Shown: positions 49,501 through 61,522 of the stretch, in pieces
Layout of the letters: each line of letters opens with the position of its first letter
Position numbering within the stretch: position 1 is the first letter of the stretch
Source: Amoebophrya sp. A120
Taxonomy: Eukaryota > Protista > Dinoflagellata
DNA length: 64,000 nucleotides
Assembly (NCBI GenBank): GCA_905178155.1
Contig: CAJINV010000005.1
Coordinates: 7,872,515 to 7,936,514, forward strand
Direction: 5' to 3'
The notes under the pieces: generated by a model
The model's input: the letters and a program-made list of their open reading frames with translations, nothing else
Databases searched by the model: none
What the model was told of the DNA's origin: nothing
Translations under genes and position numbers: made by a program

Positions 49501-52500
49501 CCTCCCCGGGGGGTGGGCGAGGAAGCACTTTCGGCAACCTCATCATACAAAAGAAGAGCGCTACCACGGCAAGTCGCCCCAAGAAAAGCGCCAACCAGTC
49601 GGGAGCTACCCACCACACCTGATCAGTACAGCCCGGCCAGCTAGCCGAGCGCGACAGCCCAACATACAGAACGATCCAGGACCCGACCCATTTTACGCCA
49701 TACGTTTTTGTTCTCACGGAAGAGACGACGCACCCCTTTGGGTTAAGGGGCGAGACTCTCCCCTAAGCCGCAGCCCCGCCCAGACAGGGGAGGCTGGACC
49801 GTTTGTGCCTTACCTGCGGCACGGGCGAACAGAGCAAGTGCACGGACCACAGTTGTCAAACCATAGACCAGCTGTTTGGCGCTGCTGACTGGCAACCCAC
49901 CTGGGGCACAGCGACAACTTAAAGGCTTAATTTGTGCGTGGCAGTCGTAGTGCAGCCCTGTTCTGCAACAGAAGCAAACAAAGGGCGGGAGGGGGGACTG
50001 GGATCATAAACCGGAATCGCCTCGGAGCTTACCACTTAAGGGTGGCCGGCAATCCCCTTCATACATAATGACCCCGCGCCTTTCGTTGCTCCTTTCCGTG
50101 CCCATCGCTTTGCTTCTGTTGCAGACCGCGCGAGGACCTGCTGGCACTGAATCATCCGCCGAACACAAATAAGGTCTCGCGACTAATTCGAGCTCGACTG
50201 CGTAGGCAGCAAGGAGCAGGGGGCTGGAGTGCCCGCTAGTGTTACACTTCTGCTTCTGTTTTTCGTTCTGTCGTTCTTTGCTTGCTTTGCGGTCTGTTCG
50301 TGAAGACAAGAAAAGTCTGAGTGTTTTGACGTGACTTATTATTTGAGTGTGTAGAGTTTCAGTGGTTCAAAATGTAAACGTTGCTCCTACCTAGCATAGG
50401 CGCTGACGCAGCTACGCAGCGAGTATGTAACTCACTCGAGGCCCTCCTTCTTCCTGCCTGTAACTCTTCGCAACATCTCACCCCAGCTCCTGGGTGAAAG
50501 CTGTTCGCGCTCCAGCCTGTCCCTCGCGTTTCTTGGTGATCCCCGTTGCGAGCTGGCCCCATCAGATGGACAACATCCAGCAGTCTCTGGAACTTTCCCA
50601 CCTCTACCGTGAAGGATTCCCTGCGAGGTGTAGTCTGCTTTGCCGGTTCTGCAGAACCCTGCTTCTGCTCGACTATAGTCCCCACCCCCATTTCCTTTTG
50701 CCCTTTCAGTTGCGCTGGCAGCTTCCCCGTGCCGCACTCCTTTGCGAGGGGGGGACGTAGCTTCAGTGACTCCCCGCTGGGTGTCCCGCTCGTGGCTTCT
50801 CTGCTCACTGCAGAGATCAGCGTGCTGGGCGCTAAATGCCTGTCCATTGCCCCCTAATGCAGGGGCGCCCCCGCTCACTGATGCGTCAGACCTTCGCTCC
50901 TGGCTATCCGGTGACCGCCGAGGCGAGTAGCACCCCAGCAGCTTCTTTCGACTTGAGTGCAGAGAAGTTTGATCCGGAGACAACGCCTGAGCTTCGCTGC
51001 TAGTGCTACCCCCCTTCCCCTGGTCCCTGACATCACCTGCACTAGCCTTCCCTCGTGCCAACTCGTTCGAGCTGTCTCTTGTGCCCGTTGGGCCCCTCAC
51101 CTGAAACCTTTTGCGCTCACTTCTCGTAAGCTGGTCGCACCTCTTGTGCGCTATCGATGAGGACGAGAAAGCCGCCTGCTCTACCTGGGGGGCGTCAGTA
51201 GCGTCGCCCCCTCTACAGGTCCGCTCAGCCGACGCTTGCGCCGTAGCATCGTGTCTATTTGGTCCCCCCAAGTCCTTACTGAGAAATCGAGTCAACGTGA
51301 GGCAGTCGGTCCCCATGTGGAACTTGCGCATTGGGTCGGTGATTGCGGTGCCGCGACCTACCTTCGGGCCTGTCTGGCTGTCTACACCCAAGCCCGCGCC
51401 TTGCTTGTCCAGACCTGCTTGGTCCCTGACTTCCCCACCTTTGCCCTCGTTTTGCGAAGAGGCGCCCGGCACTTCGGCACTTCCTTCGTCCTGTTTTGCT
51501 TCCTGCCCTTGCGACAACCCAAGACGCTCGCCTAGGTACAGAGTGCGTCTCGATCGTGCGACTCATCTTCGGCCAGTCGCTGACTAGGGGAAACTTATAC
51601 TTGTCCGCGCCGAACTCGTAGACAGGCCACGTTGTGTAGCAATTGTCATGCTGCGCTACATTGACTATCCGCAGTGGAACCGTGTGCGCCGGGAGAGATA
51701 AAGAAACTGGCGCGAAATCCTTCTTGTGGTTCGGAAGTACTTCTTTGCGAACTTCGTAGCCAAGGGCCTGCGCTCCTTCTAGTGCTTCCGCCAGGCTTAA
51801 CACTATGCCGCGACCCTGCCTGAGTGGACCACGGGCATTCGCCTGTAGCCTCTTGAAGTCAGTGAGCTCGACGCCTACTTTCCGAGCCCCATGGTTGTGC
51901 TGCGTGACAAATTGCAGCAAAGTGAGCGCGTTGCTAACGTAAGCCAGAAACCTCCGCTCTTGTCGACGCACTTCTACCCTTAGACGCTCCATCTTCGTTT
52001 TGCATTGCGCGAACACTTTCCCCGTGTTTCTCTCGACGCAAACTGTCGCTGACAAATCCGAGGACGCCCGGACCTCGTATACGGGCAATCCCAATGGCAT
52101 CCTGCCCCGCCCCAAAGTGCGATCCCTAATGAAGCCCGCAACTCTGAGATCGCTTCGGTGCGATATTCTTGTAGCCGCCCCATCAGCGAGAGCCTGCGCG
52201 AGAGCTTTGTCGGCCTGAGCTTGCTCCTTCAGGTCTTCTTTGTCGCCGTGCCTCGCCCCTTGCTCGCCAGATCCCAAAACCTTAACCGGATAGACTGCTC
52301 TGGGGGGAAGGAAGTCCATATCTGTCAGAGTACTGGACTGGCATGCACTCCGTAGCAGTTTAATGCTCATGGCGAACGGATCAAGTAGCGCCAAGCAGTT
52401 CTCGGAGAAGATTACTCTGCAAAAGCACTGCGGCTGCAACTGTGCCTTTGCAGTTAACTCAACCCACGCCCTCTGGGAAAAGCCCAAAGTTTCTGCTATT

Positions 52501-55500
52501 GCTGTAGCCATGTCCATCAGTAGCTCAGCCCACTCTGATGGCTGCAATATCACCTGCATCAGCGGAAGGAGATACAAGAGGCCTGAGAGATAGAACATGA
52601 CCACCAGCCACCTCAGTTCCTCCCCAGCCATCTCTTTCTGGCTCGCCATCACCTTCGCCGCAAGGTGCTGGCCCAACCCTATTGCGCTTGTGATCTGGCC
52701 CTGCGTCGCGGCCCGCTGTTCGATTCGTCAATCCCCTGAAGCGTAACAACCGCCCCGAAGATTCGCGTGGCCCTTTTGCGCCGAAGCTGCATGCCAAAAG
52801 GGGAGAAAGCATTCAATAACGCCCATGCGTCTCCCTCCTGCTCTGTGCAGAGTAATTCGCATTTGGCCGGTGACATGAACTGGCCGGCACTGATATACAT
52901 TCTGCGGCATACTTGTGAAGCTTGTTGCAGGATCCAGTGGACTGCTTGTCTGTCACACTTGTGATAGCGAAGGCAGATGGTGCCATCATCGATAAATTGC
53001 ACGGCAGTGGCACTGCGGGGCTTTGCTGCCTTCTGTGGGTCCTTCAACTTACCGCCCTGGTGCTCAAAGCGAACTCTTCCGCTGTTCTTGTCTTCTCTCG
53101 TCTGCGTCGCCACCCTTCTAAAGCCAGTGGACTGGCCTCCACTAGTGCTCTCGTCGAAGTACACCTCGGCCACTTCTGTGCGGACGTCATATTTTTGGAA
53201 AGACGTATCAATGTCATCGCTGCATCGGTAGCGCTTCTCTACTGCGCCGCGCATCTTTTGCGCAAGTTTCCTCAGTTCCGCATCCGGGACAACTCGGCCC
53301 TCTTCGTTGAAGCAGCTCTGTAAAAACTTACCCACCTCGTGCACTGCTGGCATGAAGAGCAGACCGCCGCACATCATAGTGTCGACACTCCCTTGTATCA
53401 TGTCACGATGTGCCGCAATCTCCCCGAAAGCCTCGCCGTTTCTCAAATAGAGTTTTTTGGAGTACGTGGTGACAAGTATGAGCCTTATGACCACTGGGTG
53501 GATGCGAGCGCCTCTGAGTACCCTCACTGCACTGCATACCGAGATATTATTGAAAAAATTTGCTGCGTCGACCCCTATGAGGCAAGTGAGCCACTCCTTT
53601 TCCTCGTCGGAGAGCAGAGATGCATATTTTGCATGACCCAGGATGTCTGTAATGCATGACCTAGCATCACAGATTTTGAGAGGCCTTCCTGATGCGTATT
53701 CCGCATGACAAATGCCCTTCCCGCGTAGCACAAACTGGACTCCACGTCTTGCTGGTCATGCAATACAGATTTTTTTACAGTCCAGCTTAGCATCACAAGT
53801 TCCAACCTTCCAGACCCAGACATTTTTGCAATCCATATGTAGTGTCGTTGTACTATCAGGATGAGGACCAGAAATAGTACCGATATCGTGAGAAGAAGGA
53901 GCAGGAGGTTCATCTACTTGTTCCAGTTCTTGCATCAAAAGCATAATCCACGGGTCTTGTGGCTATCAAATGCAAAAGTGTCTGGGTCTGAAAACTTGTG
54001 ATGCTAGGTGGCGTACCATGAGGAGGCCACAAGTGCTGGCTCAGCATGACAAGTTTCTAAGCTTCTAAGTGTTGCCTATTCTGCATGACAAACTACGTTT
54101 CTGCATCACAGAAAAGCGCGGCTCTTGGGTAATGTGCATGACAGATTTAAGAGTCATGTCAGACAAGCATGACAAACTTGCACTCTTCCAGACCCAGACA
54201 TTTTTGCATTTGATAGTAGCGACGCCCTAACGATCATGCGGAGCTGGATGTCATCTTCGAAATTGCGCAACTGTTCGTTCTTATTTTTATCAACTGCAAT
54301 AAATATGTAGTCTGGGTCTGGGAAGAACTTGTGATGCTAAAATGTCCATGATGAAAGCACTTCTGAATGCCGCAGCCCAGCATGACAACTTCTTCCCACA
54401 ACGCTTTCTCATAGGCAATCCGCATGACAAACTGCGTTTTTCCATTACAAAAGAGGCTGCGACTTTTGTTGGTTATGCAATACAGATTTCCCAGGAATGT
54501 AGAGCTAGCATGACAAGTTTCAACCTTGCAGACCCAGACATTTTTGCAGTGCATAATTTTTAGCAACCAACGACTCACTGATGCTCTCCGAGAGCTCGGT
54601 AGAGGTTGTTATCTTATTCACGACGGGCGGCTGCTGCACCTGTTCTACTTTTTGGGCTTCAACACCTTTGTTGTAGTAGTTGTCCGACATGACTGTTTAT
54701 CCTGTGCAAAAGTATCGTACTCGTAGTAATTGCACCAGTCATGATCTTTTTCTGAAGGCAAATCCGCATTACAAATTCCACTTCTGATGCTAAGGAAATT
54801 ATTTGTAATGCAATTTATACTAGTACGATGCTTTTGCAGTTCATACTGGTGTACTAGTGCGCGTTGATGTGTCTACGTCATCCTCTGCATGGTCATCGCG
54901 TCGTCCACTTGTCGTGCTATTGTGAAGTTGTACTCCTAGTCCTCGTGCGTCCGCAGTAGAGATCGGTTCTTGATCTTGCCCTGGTCGGTGTATAATCTCC
55001 CCGTGGAGTTGTCTTATTTCTTGCCTCTCCCGCCTACCTTCTCGCAGCGTGTTGTACTCGTGCACCTGCCTCTGCAACCAGAAAAGGGCTCCGTGGGGCA
55101 CACAAAAGAAGATGAAAGGGTACTGCGTCAGCCCCGGCAACAGGAGAAAGTCCCACAGGTGGGCAAACACGGAGGCAAATTCCTGCTCTGCAGGACTTCT
55201 GTGTTCTTGTGCGATAATCGATGTCCCTCCCGTGGTCGTCCTGTCCTCATTCGTTGCAGCAACCCCTTTATCAAAAGGAATAGTCCCCCCCTATACCAAC
55301 ACGAAACTTCTGATGCTGGATTTCAGTCCAGATTTGTCTTGCAGTAGAGGACTGCAGGCATCTGCCGAGCCTGGGCCGGGAGGTTTTGCCGTACTAGGTG
55401 CCTAGCGTGGCATCAAATGTCTACGCTGTAAGCAAAACCGCAGCACAAACCGCCAGCATAATGCGGCGGACTCTCTGGAAGATTTGCCTTCTTGCAAGAC

Positions 55501-58500
55501 AGACAGGATTTGTGGCCACAAATCTGCATCACAAATTTTCAGACAGATGCGCTTTCAATATGGGGCGGGGGGTTTTTTCCTCTTCATACACAACTTCAGT
55601 CCGAGTACTATTCGTCTTCATTGGCTGCAGGAGCTCCAAAGTTGGGTCGTCCTCATGAGAAGTCACAGGTTTTCGTTCTTTTACCTCCCCCGTAGAAGTA
55701 CTTCTAGATTGTTGTTCAAACAAATTATGCTCCTGCCCGCTTTTTATCTCTTCTACAAGATCCATTAGGTGCTTTATGATCGGGTTCAAAACGAACCCCT
55801 CACAGAGCAGTTGCCCGTCGCGCCGCACGGCGCGGTTTGTCAGCTTCCACAGGGTATCCTGTGCAAAAGTATCGTGCTCGTATTGCAGTCCTGCATTACA
55901 AATTTTTGTGTCAAGGTAAACTCGCATTTACAAATTTCATTTCTCATGCTGAGAAAATTTGTAATGCATTTAATTATACGAGTGCGATACTTTTGCAGTT
56001 CATACAGGGGTAAGAAGGTCTTTTTGGAAGGGGACGAGTCGCGGCCAAGAATCTCTTGTCGGGGGACAACTACATCATTGACAACTGCCGACGTGGGAGA
56101 TGCCGCGAGAGACTTGGTTTCTCCTGCTACCGCATCACTTTTCTGCTCTTTGTCGCAGTGCGTACGTACGTAGAATAACGCCCAAGGATTTTGGTCCACT
56201 GCCTTTTCCGCCAAGTTCTGCCTGCGCAGGTTGCGCGCGGGACCAATTATGAATTGCAAAAGTACAACATCTAGCGTACTACTAGTAGTAATTGCAACAT
56301 GACAAATGAATCAGCTCAGAACGCCAGCAAAGGGGAGTTAATATTTTTGTCATCGACTGATTTAGCTTGAGCTTGAGCACTACGAGCAGATCTACTGTCC
56401 CGTATGGTTTTTGCGATTACTACGAGCAGCACGAAGATTCTTCCATTTTGCACTCAGGATACCGGAGAGCTCAAACGCATACGGTGCTGCAGCTGAGTTA
56501 TCGCCTCCGCCGGTTTCCGTCGGGGAAACTGGTGCTGCACCTCCGTATGAAATGCAAAAGCGTCGTACTAGTGTAAATCGCATAACAAATTTCCTCAGCA
56601 TGAGAAATAAAATTTGTAATGCGGATTTAACTTCAGAAAGAAATTTGTAATGCATGAATGCAAGACGAGTACGATGCTTGTGCACAGGATACTCCGGGTA
56701 GAGTGCGAACGTAGTTTTCGTTCATGTCTACTACCTGACGACACAACATGTCGTTTTCCTGCCAAGGAAACTGGTATCGCCAGAAAAAACTGTTTCACTG
56801 TAAACTTGTATTAATGCAGAAAATGTATCTCACAAGTGTTTGTCTTGCTGCACATGCAAGACAGTGGATTTTTAGCTGTGTTTTCCCTTAGGAACCTTGC
56901 ATGGCAAATTTTCTCTGTCAGGTAGAACAAACTTGTGATGCAAAACCTGCAAAATCCTTACAGTGAGAAACACGTTTTTCGTACGATAACTGGTTGGGAA
57001 GATCTACACCTCCGTCTGTTGAACTTGAAGCCGGCCTCTCTAGGTACAGTTGGTGCCACCACAGCCCATTGTGTTGCACCGCCTTTATCCGGGCCTCCAA
57101 CTCCACGTGGAAGAGATTCCATTTGTCGTCCACGTTTATTCTGTCCTGGAGCTTCAACAGCGGAGGGGAGAGAGCATATCAAGCAGAAAAACCCCCCCTC
57201 CCCATATCAGAGCGGAAATCTGTGACGCAGTTTTGTGGTCACAAATCAGTTTTGTCATGCTACTAGAAGGGAAAAGCAAAAGACGCGGACTGAAGTGCTG
57301 ATTGGCGTGGGAATATATAAAGCCATGCATCTTCAGCACGACAGGAGGCAGCTGCGAGTGGGAAGCAGCATGACGAATTGCCTGCAAACGAGGCCACAAC
57401 TGCAGCTCTTAGCATTGTGTAGTCAAATACAGCATCACAAGTTTTGTTTTCGATATGGGGAGGGGGCGACATTTTTCCCTTTGATAGAGCACGGATTTCC
57501 CGCTCCTTTTCCGCGACGTAGCGTTGATATTTTTTCGTGTCCGACATTTCCGCCTCGATGTAGCCCAGAAGCCAGATAGGTCCTTGTCTTTCGTAAAATT
57601 TCTTCCCCTGATAGCACAGTCGCGGCTCGTCGTAGCCGCGGTGCGGAAAGAATGCGTATGGATTGTAAAAGTGTCTGGGTCTGGAAACTTGTGATGCTGG
57701 GTGGCGTATCATGAGGAGGCCACAAGTGCTGGCTCGGCATGACAAGTTTCTGAGCTTCTAAATGATGCCTATTCTGCATGAAAGACTGCGTTTTTGCATG
57801 ACAGAAAAGTGGGGCTCTTGGGTAACGTGCATGACAGATTTAAGAGTCATGCCAGACAAGCATGACAAACATGCTTCTTCCAGACCCAGACATTTTTACA
57901 TTTGATAATGCGAACATCCTGTTCCTGATGCGCTTGCGCATGTCCATGTCGTACTTGTTCACAGAAATATTGTTAACGTCCTGGTCCTCGTTGTCGGGGC
58001 TTGGTGTTTTACTTGTTTTATTCCCATGCTGATTAATTTTAATACCTGTACCGCGTTCCGTGGTGGCCTGCAAAAACGACTTCTCGGTGGACCAGTTTAT
58101 CTCTTGCTGTTCTTCAGCTACTAGTTGTAGCGGTAATATTTTTACCTGCTCCCGAGGAGGCCTTGGACCTCTTTGCAGCAGCAGCTCCCAAGTTCTTGTG
58201 GATGTCTCAACATCATCATCTCGAGCAGGCCGCGCGGCTTCGGTGTCTTATGGATTGCAAATATGTCTGGGTCTGGAAACTTGTAATGCTAAAAGTGGAT
58301 GGTAGACGCACTGCAATACGCAGCTACGCATGACAAATTTCTTGGCTCCTATGTCTTACGTATTCCGCATGGCAAACTGCGTTTTTGCATGACAGGTAAG
58401 AGGGCCTTTCGGTGTCTATGCAACACAGATTCTCGACTCATGCCAGACAAGCATGACAAACTTGCAATCTTCCAGACCCAGACACTTTTGCATTTGATAT

Positions 58501-59107
58501 GTCTGCTTCTGCAGTTATTTCTCCTGCAGCTCCTGAGTGGACAAGATGAAGTAGTGCTCGAGGACCAGCTTCCGTGACCTTATGCCGTTCTCAAACGTTA
58601 CACTCTCAACTGTTGCATGAACTTGTAATGCAAGAACGGCAAAAGTGAAAGGGCGAAGTTTGCGCGTTTTGCATTACAAGTTCCGCACAGATTTAGATAC
58701 TGTTTAGCCCCTCGCAGATTTGTCATGCGAAGCAGCTTGACCATCTGGCGGCATAAGGTAGTTTTGCATGACAAATCCATGTAACAGTTGAGAGTGTAAC
58801 GTTTGAGAATCCCATAGACCTCGGCTTCTTGTTGCTCCTCTTCTTGCGGGAGGACGACTCGGACTGCTTGTTCTACTTCGCGATCTTCATGCTCTCCAAT
58901 GGTAAAAATAGACGGGACGTTGTGCTCTACTTCCTGGTCGTGCCGCTGCTGCGTTCTTTGTGCCACTTTATTTTCCTCCTTCCGAATGAACATCGAAATT
59001 GCGGCGACGGGGAGGAAAAAAGAACCACAGATGTTGGTGCTTGTTGTCCTCGCGGTCGTGAGAAGGGTCGTGAGGAGCAAGAGAAAGACTAAGATCATGA
59101 TCTTCAT
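34549..59107 (-). CDS. Very large multi-exon membrane protein (signal peptide, internal TM segment, low-complexity regions); ~43 introner introns
   Basis: Starts MKIMILVFLLLLTTLLTTART, with TM segment VGSFLLILAIIIAGVMCHL near 40740-40790. I followed frame continuity by hand across most junctions from 34549 to 46700 and several from 55000 to 57700; junctions from 46700 to 55000 were only checked for TSDs. Ends MRFSDSSEGSQ with three tandem TAG codons. It could be two genes. Confidence 0.55.
41442..41485. repeat. (CCA)n microsatellite encoding poly-Gly on the minus strand
   Basis: About 14 tandem CCA units. Confidence 0.9.
43176..44059. other. Composite insert: three introners plus captured paralogous exon fragments
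   Basis: Flanked by gcttattt (43168-43175 and 44060-44067) within a ~60-bp coding duplication. The internal exon-like pieces 43448-43495 and 43756-43800 match 36817-36846 joined to 37131-37187. Confidence 0.75.
44813..45120. mobile_element. Introner family K (TIR TATGGA..[CT]GTCAGG.TTGAAATCGACAAAGTTGAAAT), ~305 bp
   Basis: TSD aacaa. An adjacent related copy at 45186-45492 lies in the opposite orientation. Confidence 0.88.
49452..53619 (-). mobile_element. 5'-truncated non-LTR retrotransposon (LINE), probably frameshifted
   Basis: 8-bp TSD atgcatat (49444-49451 and 53620-53627) and a 3' (ATG)3 tail. The RT ORF begins abruptly at the insertion edge. Confidence 0.85.
52679..53619 (-). pseudogene. 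Reverse transcriptase domain of the nested LINE (N-truncated)
   Basis: Motifs GVDAANFFNNI, MIQGSVD, VQFIDDG, MSPAKCE and RIFGAVV match the order of RT motifs. Probable continuation in a shifted frame at 51276-52676. Confidence 0.8.
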
Positions 59108-59597
59108 GGACGAGCATTTTGTTGATAAATGAAAGTAAACCCGCCTCAACTTCTGCGCCGATGATATTCCCCTCAGGACGTCGAGGTGGAATAACTTGAG
59201 ATCGCGATCAGGACCGTGTGGTCCGACGAGGGGTCCTCGGGGCCGTGGAGATGAACCTTTTGCATCTCTTCTGTTCCTATGAATTGCAAAAGTGTCTGAG
59301 TCTGGAAGAATGCAAGATTTGTCATGCATATCTCCCATGACCCATGATGCCTGTAATGCATGACCTAGCAGCGCAGACTTTTAGAGGGCGTCCTGATGCA
59401 GCTTCCGCATGAGAAATGCCCTATCCGTGTAGCACAAACTATACCCCTCTTGCTGGTCATGCAATACAAATCTTTTCAGAGTCCAAAAACAACATGACAA
59501 GTTGCAATCTTCCAGACCCAGACATCTTTGCAATCCGTAGTTCCTTCCCCCTTTGTCCGGCCCGCGGGAGGGGAAGAGAAGGAGAAAAATGGAAAAG

Positions 59598-61020
59598 TAA
59601 GAAAGAAAACTCATGTTGGAGGGAAAAGAATTCAGAGTGTCATGTCTTCATGTGAAAATGTGAAAAAAATGAATGATATCAAAGCGAAGTAGTAGATGTA
59701 GATCAGAAATGGAGTGAAAGTTCAAATATATCAGGTGGTCCTGTGGTAAGCGACACAACAAAAACAGTAAGAGAGATCGTCTTCGTTCACTTGTAAGTAA
59801 GTATCTACGTATTTCTTGCGCATGCAGGCAAGCTTTTCTTCTTCATCTGGTGACACACACGACTTCAACGACGTCGCAAAAACGTCAACCGACATCAAAA
59901 CTACTAGGGCACCGCCGTGAAACCGAATAAAAAAACTCGGAATATCATTAAACCGGCATGGTTGATACCGAGCACAAGCGGGCGAAGCACGACGACCGAT
60001 GATGGAAGGGGACAGGATCAACATTTGTCAACCACAACCGCAGAAAATCACGACAGTTACAAAGATACCGACATGGGTATATTGATTTTGATACTATTTT
60101 CATCTTCAGACCGAAATACGTGTATCCAGCGGAGGAAGGCGAGTTCATACCGAGCGAAGGGCGACATCCTTCTATTTGCTCTCCTGGTACTTCATCTACA
60201 CCCTCCGCTGTACTTCTACTTTGCGCGGTCTCTTCTAGTACCTGGGGCTGCTGGTGGCTTGTAGTCTCTTCTGCTGGTTCATTTTCTTCGACCTCGACCT
60301 CGTATCCAAGAAAAAAACTGTGTTCGTGTAGGTGTCTTGACGTGACAGCATGACAAATCTGTTCTGCATGACAGACAAAGCCTGTCAGGCGCAGCTAGTA
60401 TGTGAAAACACAAATGAAGTAGGACTTCATGGTTGGCTAGCATGACAAGTGCAACAATGTTGCACACTTTGCATCACAGACTTACACTTACACAGTTTTA
60501 AGAAAGAAAACTCATGTTGGAGGGAAAAGAATTCAAAGTGTCATGTGCATGAAAAAAATGAATGATATCAGAACGAAATATAAGAGAAAGAGACTGTGAA
60601 TAAATTACATTACTACTATATAGGTGGTCCTGTGTTAACCGAGACGAGATTAAGCAATCCAGTAGCACCAGGGCTCGTCTTCGCTTTACGTCTTTGATGT
60701 TGCCCATAAGCACGCTTTTCTTCTTCATTTGGTGACACTTCATCAACGACGTCGCACAGACATCAACCGACATCAGAAGGACACCGCCATCATCAAACCG
60801 ACATCAAAACTTACTAGGACACCGCCATAAAACCGAATGAAAACTTGGAAGCCGGCGGGATACCGAGCGGATGCTGGCGCAACATGACGAGGACCGATGG
60901 AAGGGACCAGGATCTTTTTATGAAGATCTAGATCATTCAACCGCATCCTAAATTACTTAATTCAAAAAAACCGAAATGCGTATTCGTCGTAGGAAGGCGC
61001 GCATTCTTGTTCATACCGAG
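59598..61020. repeat. Diverged intergenic tandem duplication, period ~900 bp
   Basis: taagaaagaaaactcatgttggagggaaaagaattca occurs at 59598 and 60499, and shared blocks continue to ~60155 and ~61020. Confidence 0.8.
60180..60490 (-). pseudogene. Duplicated fragment of the glycosyltransferase gene exon plus its family H introner
   Basis: Near-identical to 63693-64000 with small indels; the right TIR is truncated. Confidence 0.8.
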
Positions 61021-61522
61021 TGACGATCGGAAACCTCCGATGTCGCGGGTAGTTCTCACTACGTGTCTAGATCCATCATAAATTCGACCGAATTACTTAC
61101 ACATCCTCCAAAAGGCTTCAAAGTAGCCAAGGACGACAAGATATCGCGTTTGAAATGGAGGAAAAACTCAAACGACCAAGCAACTGCTTGATGAACCGAG
61201 CTCCTGTCGATGAAGTAGATTTTTCCGAAACGCATAAATCCTACTTTGAACATAGGCATTGCTTCTGCCAATTCCAGCCAGTTGTACCTTCTAAGCACAA
61301 CCTTGATTGTTGCTCAGCCGGCACAAAGCCACGCGATGCTTTTATTGTCCGATTTTGACCTTGTGTCTTTGTGTAGTTTGTTGCGAGGACAATGAGCAGG
61401 CGTGGCATATTTCCCAAGAGAGTCCTCGTCGCGCCAGCACTTCATTGTCATTCCTATTTTTCGTCATCGTCCATCAGCACATTTATGTTTAGTCAGCTCT
61501 GGCGCTGAAGATTAAATTGCTT

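Larger units (their letters stand above)
49398..53837. mobile_element. Family A introner expanded to 4.4 kb by a nested LINE
   Basis: tgtag|TATCAAATGCAAAAATGTCTGGG at 49398 and CCCAGACATTTTTGCAATCCATA|tgtag at 53837. Confidence 0.9.

Noticed and set aside
52679-53731. RT as retron, group II intron maturase or DGR, or as the introner-mobilising enzyme
   Set aside because: The TSD, 5' truncation and simple-repeat tail indicate a LINE insertion. The ORF's first ~37 aa are read-through from introner sequence, and the TIR plus fixed 5-bp TSD of introners points to a DNA transposase.
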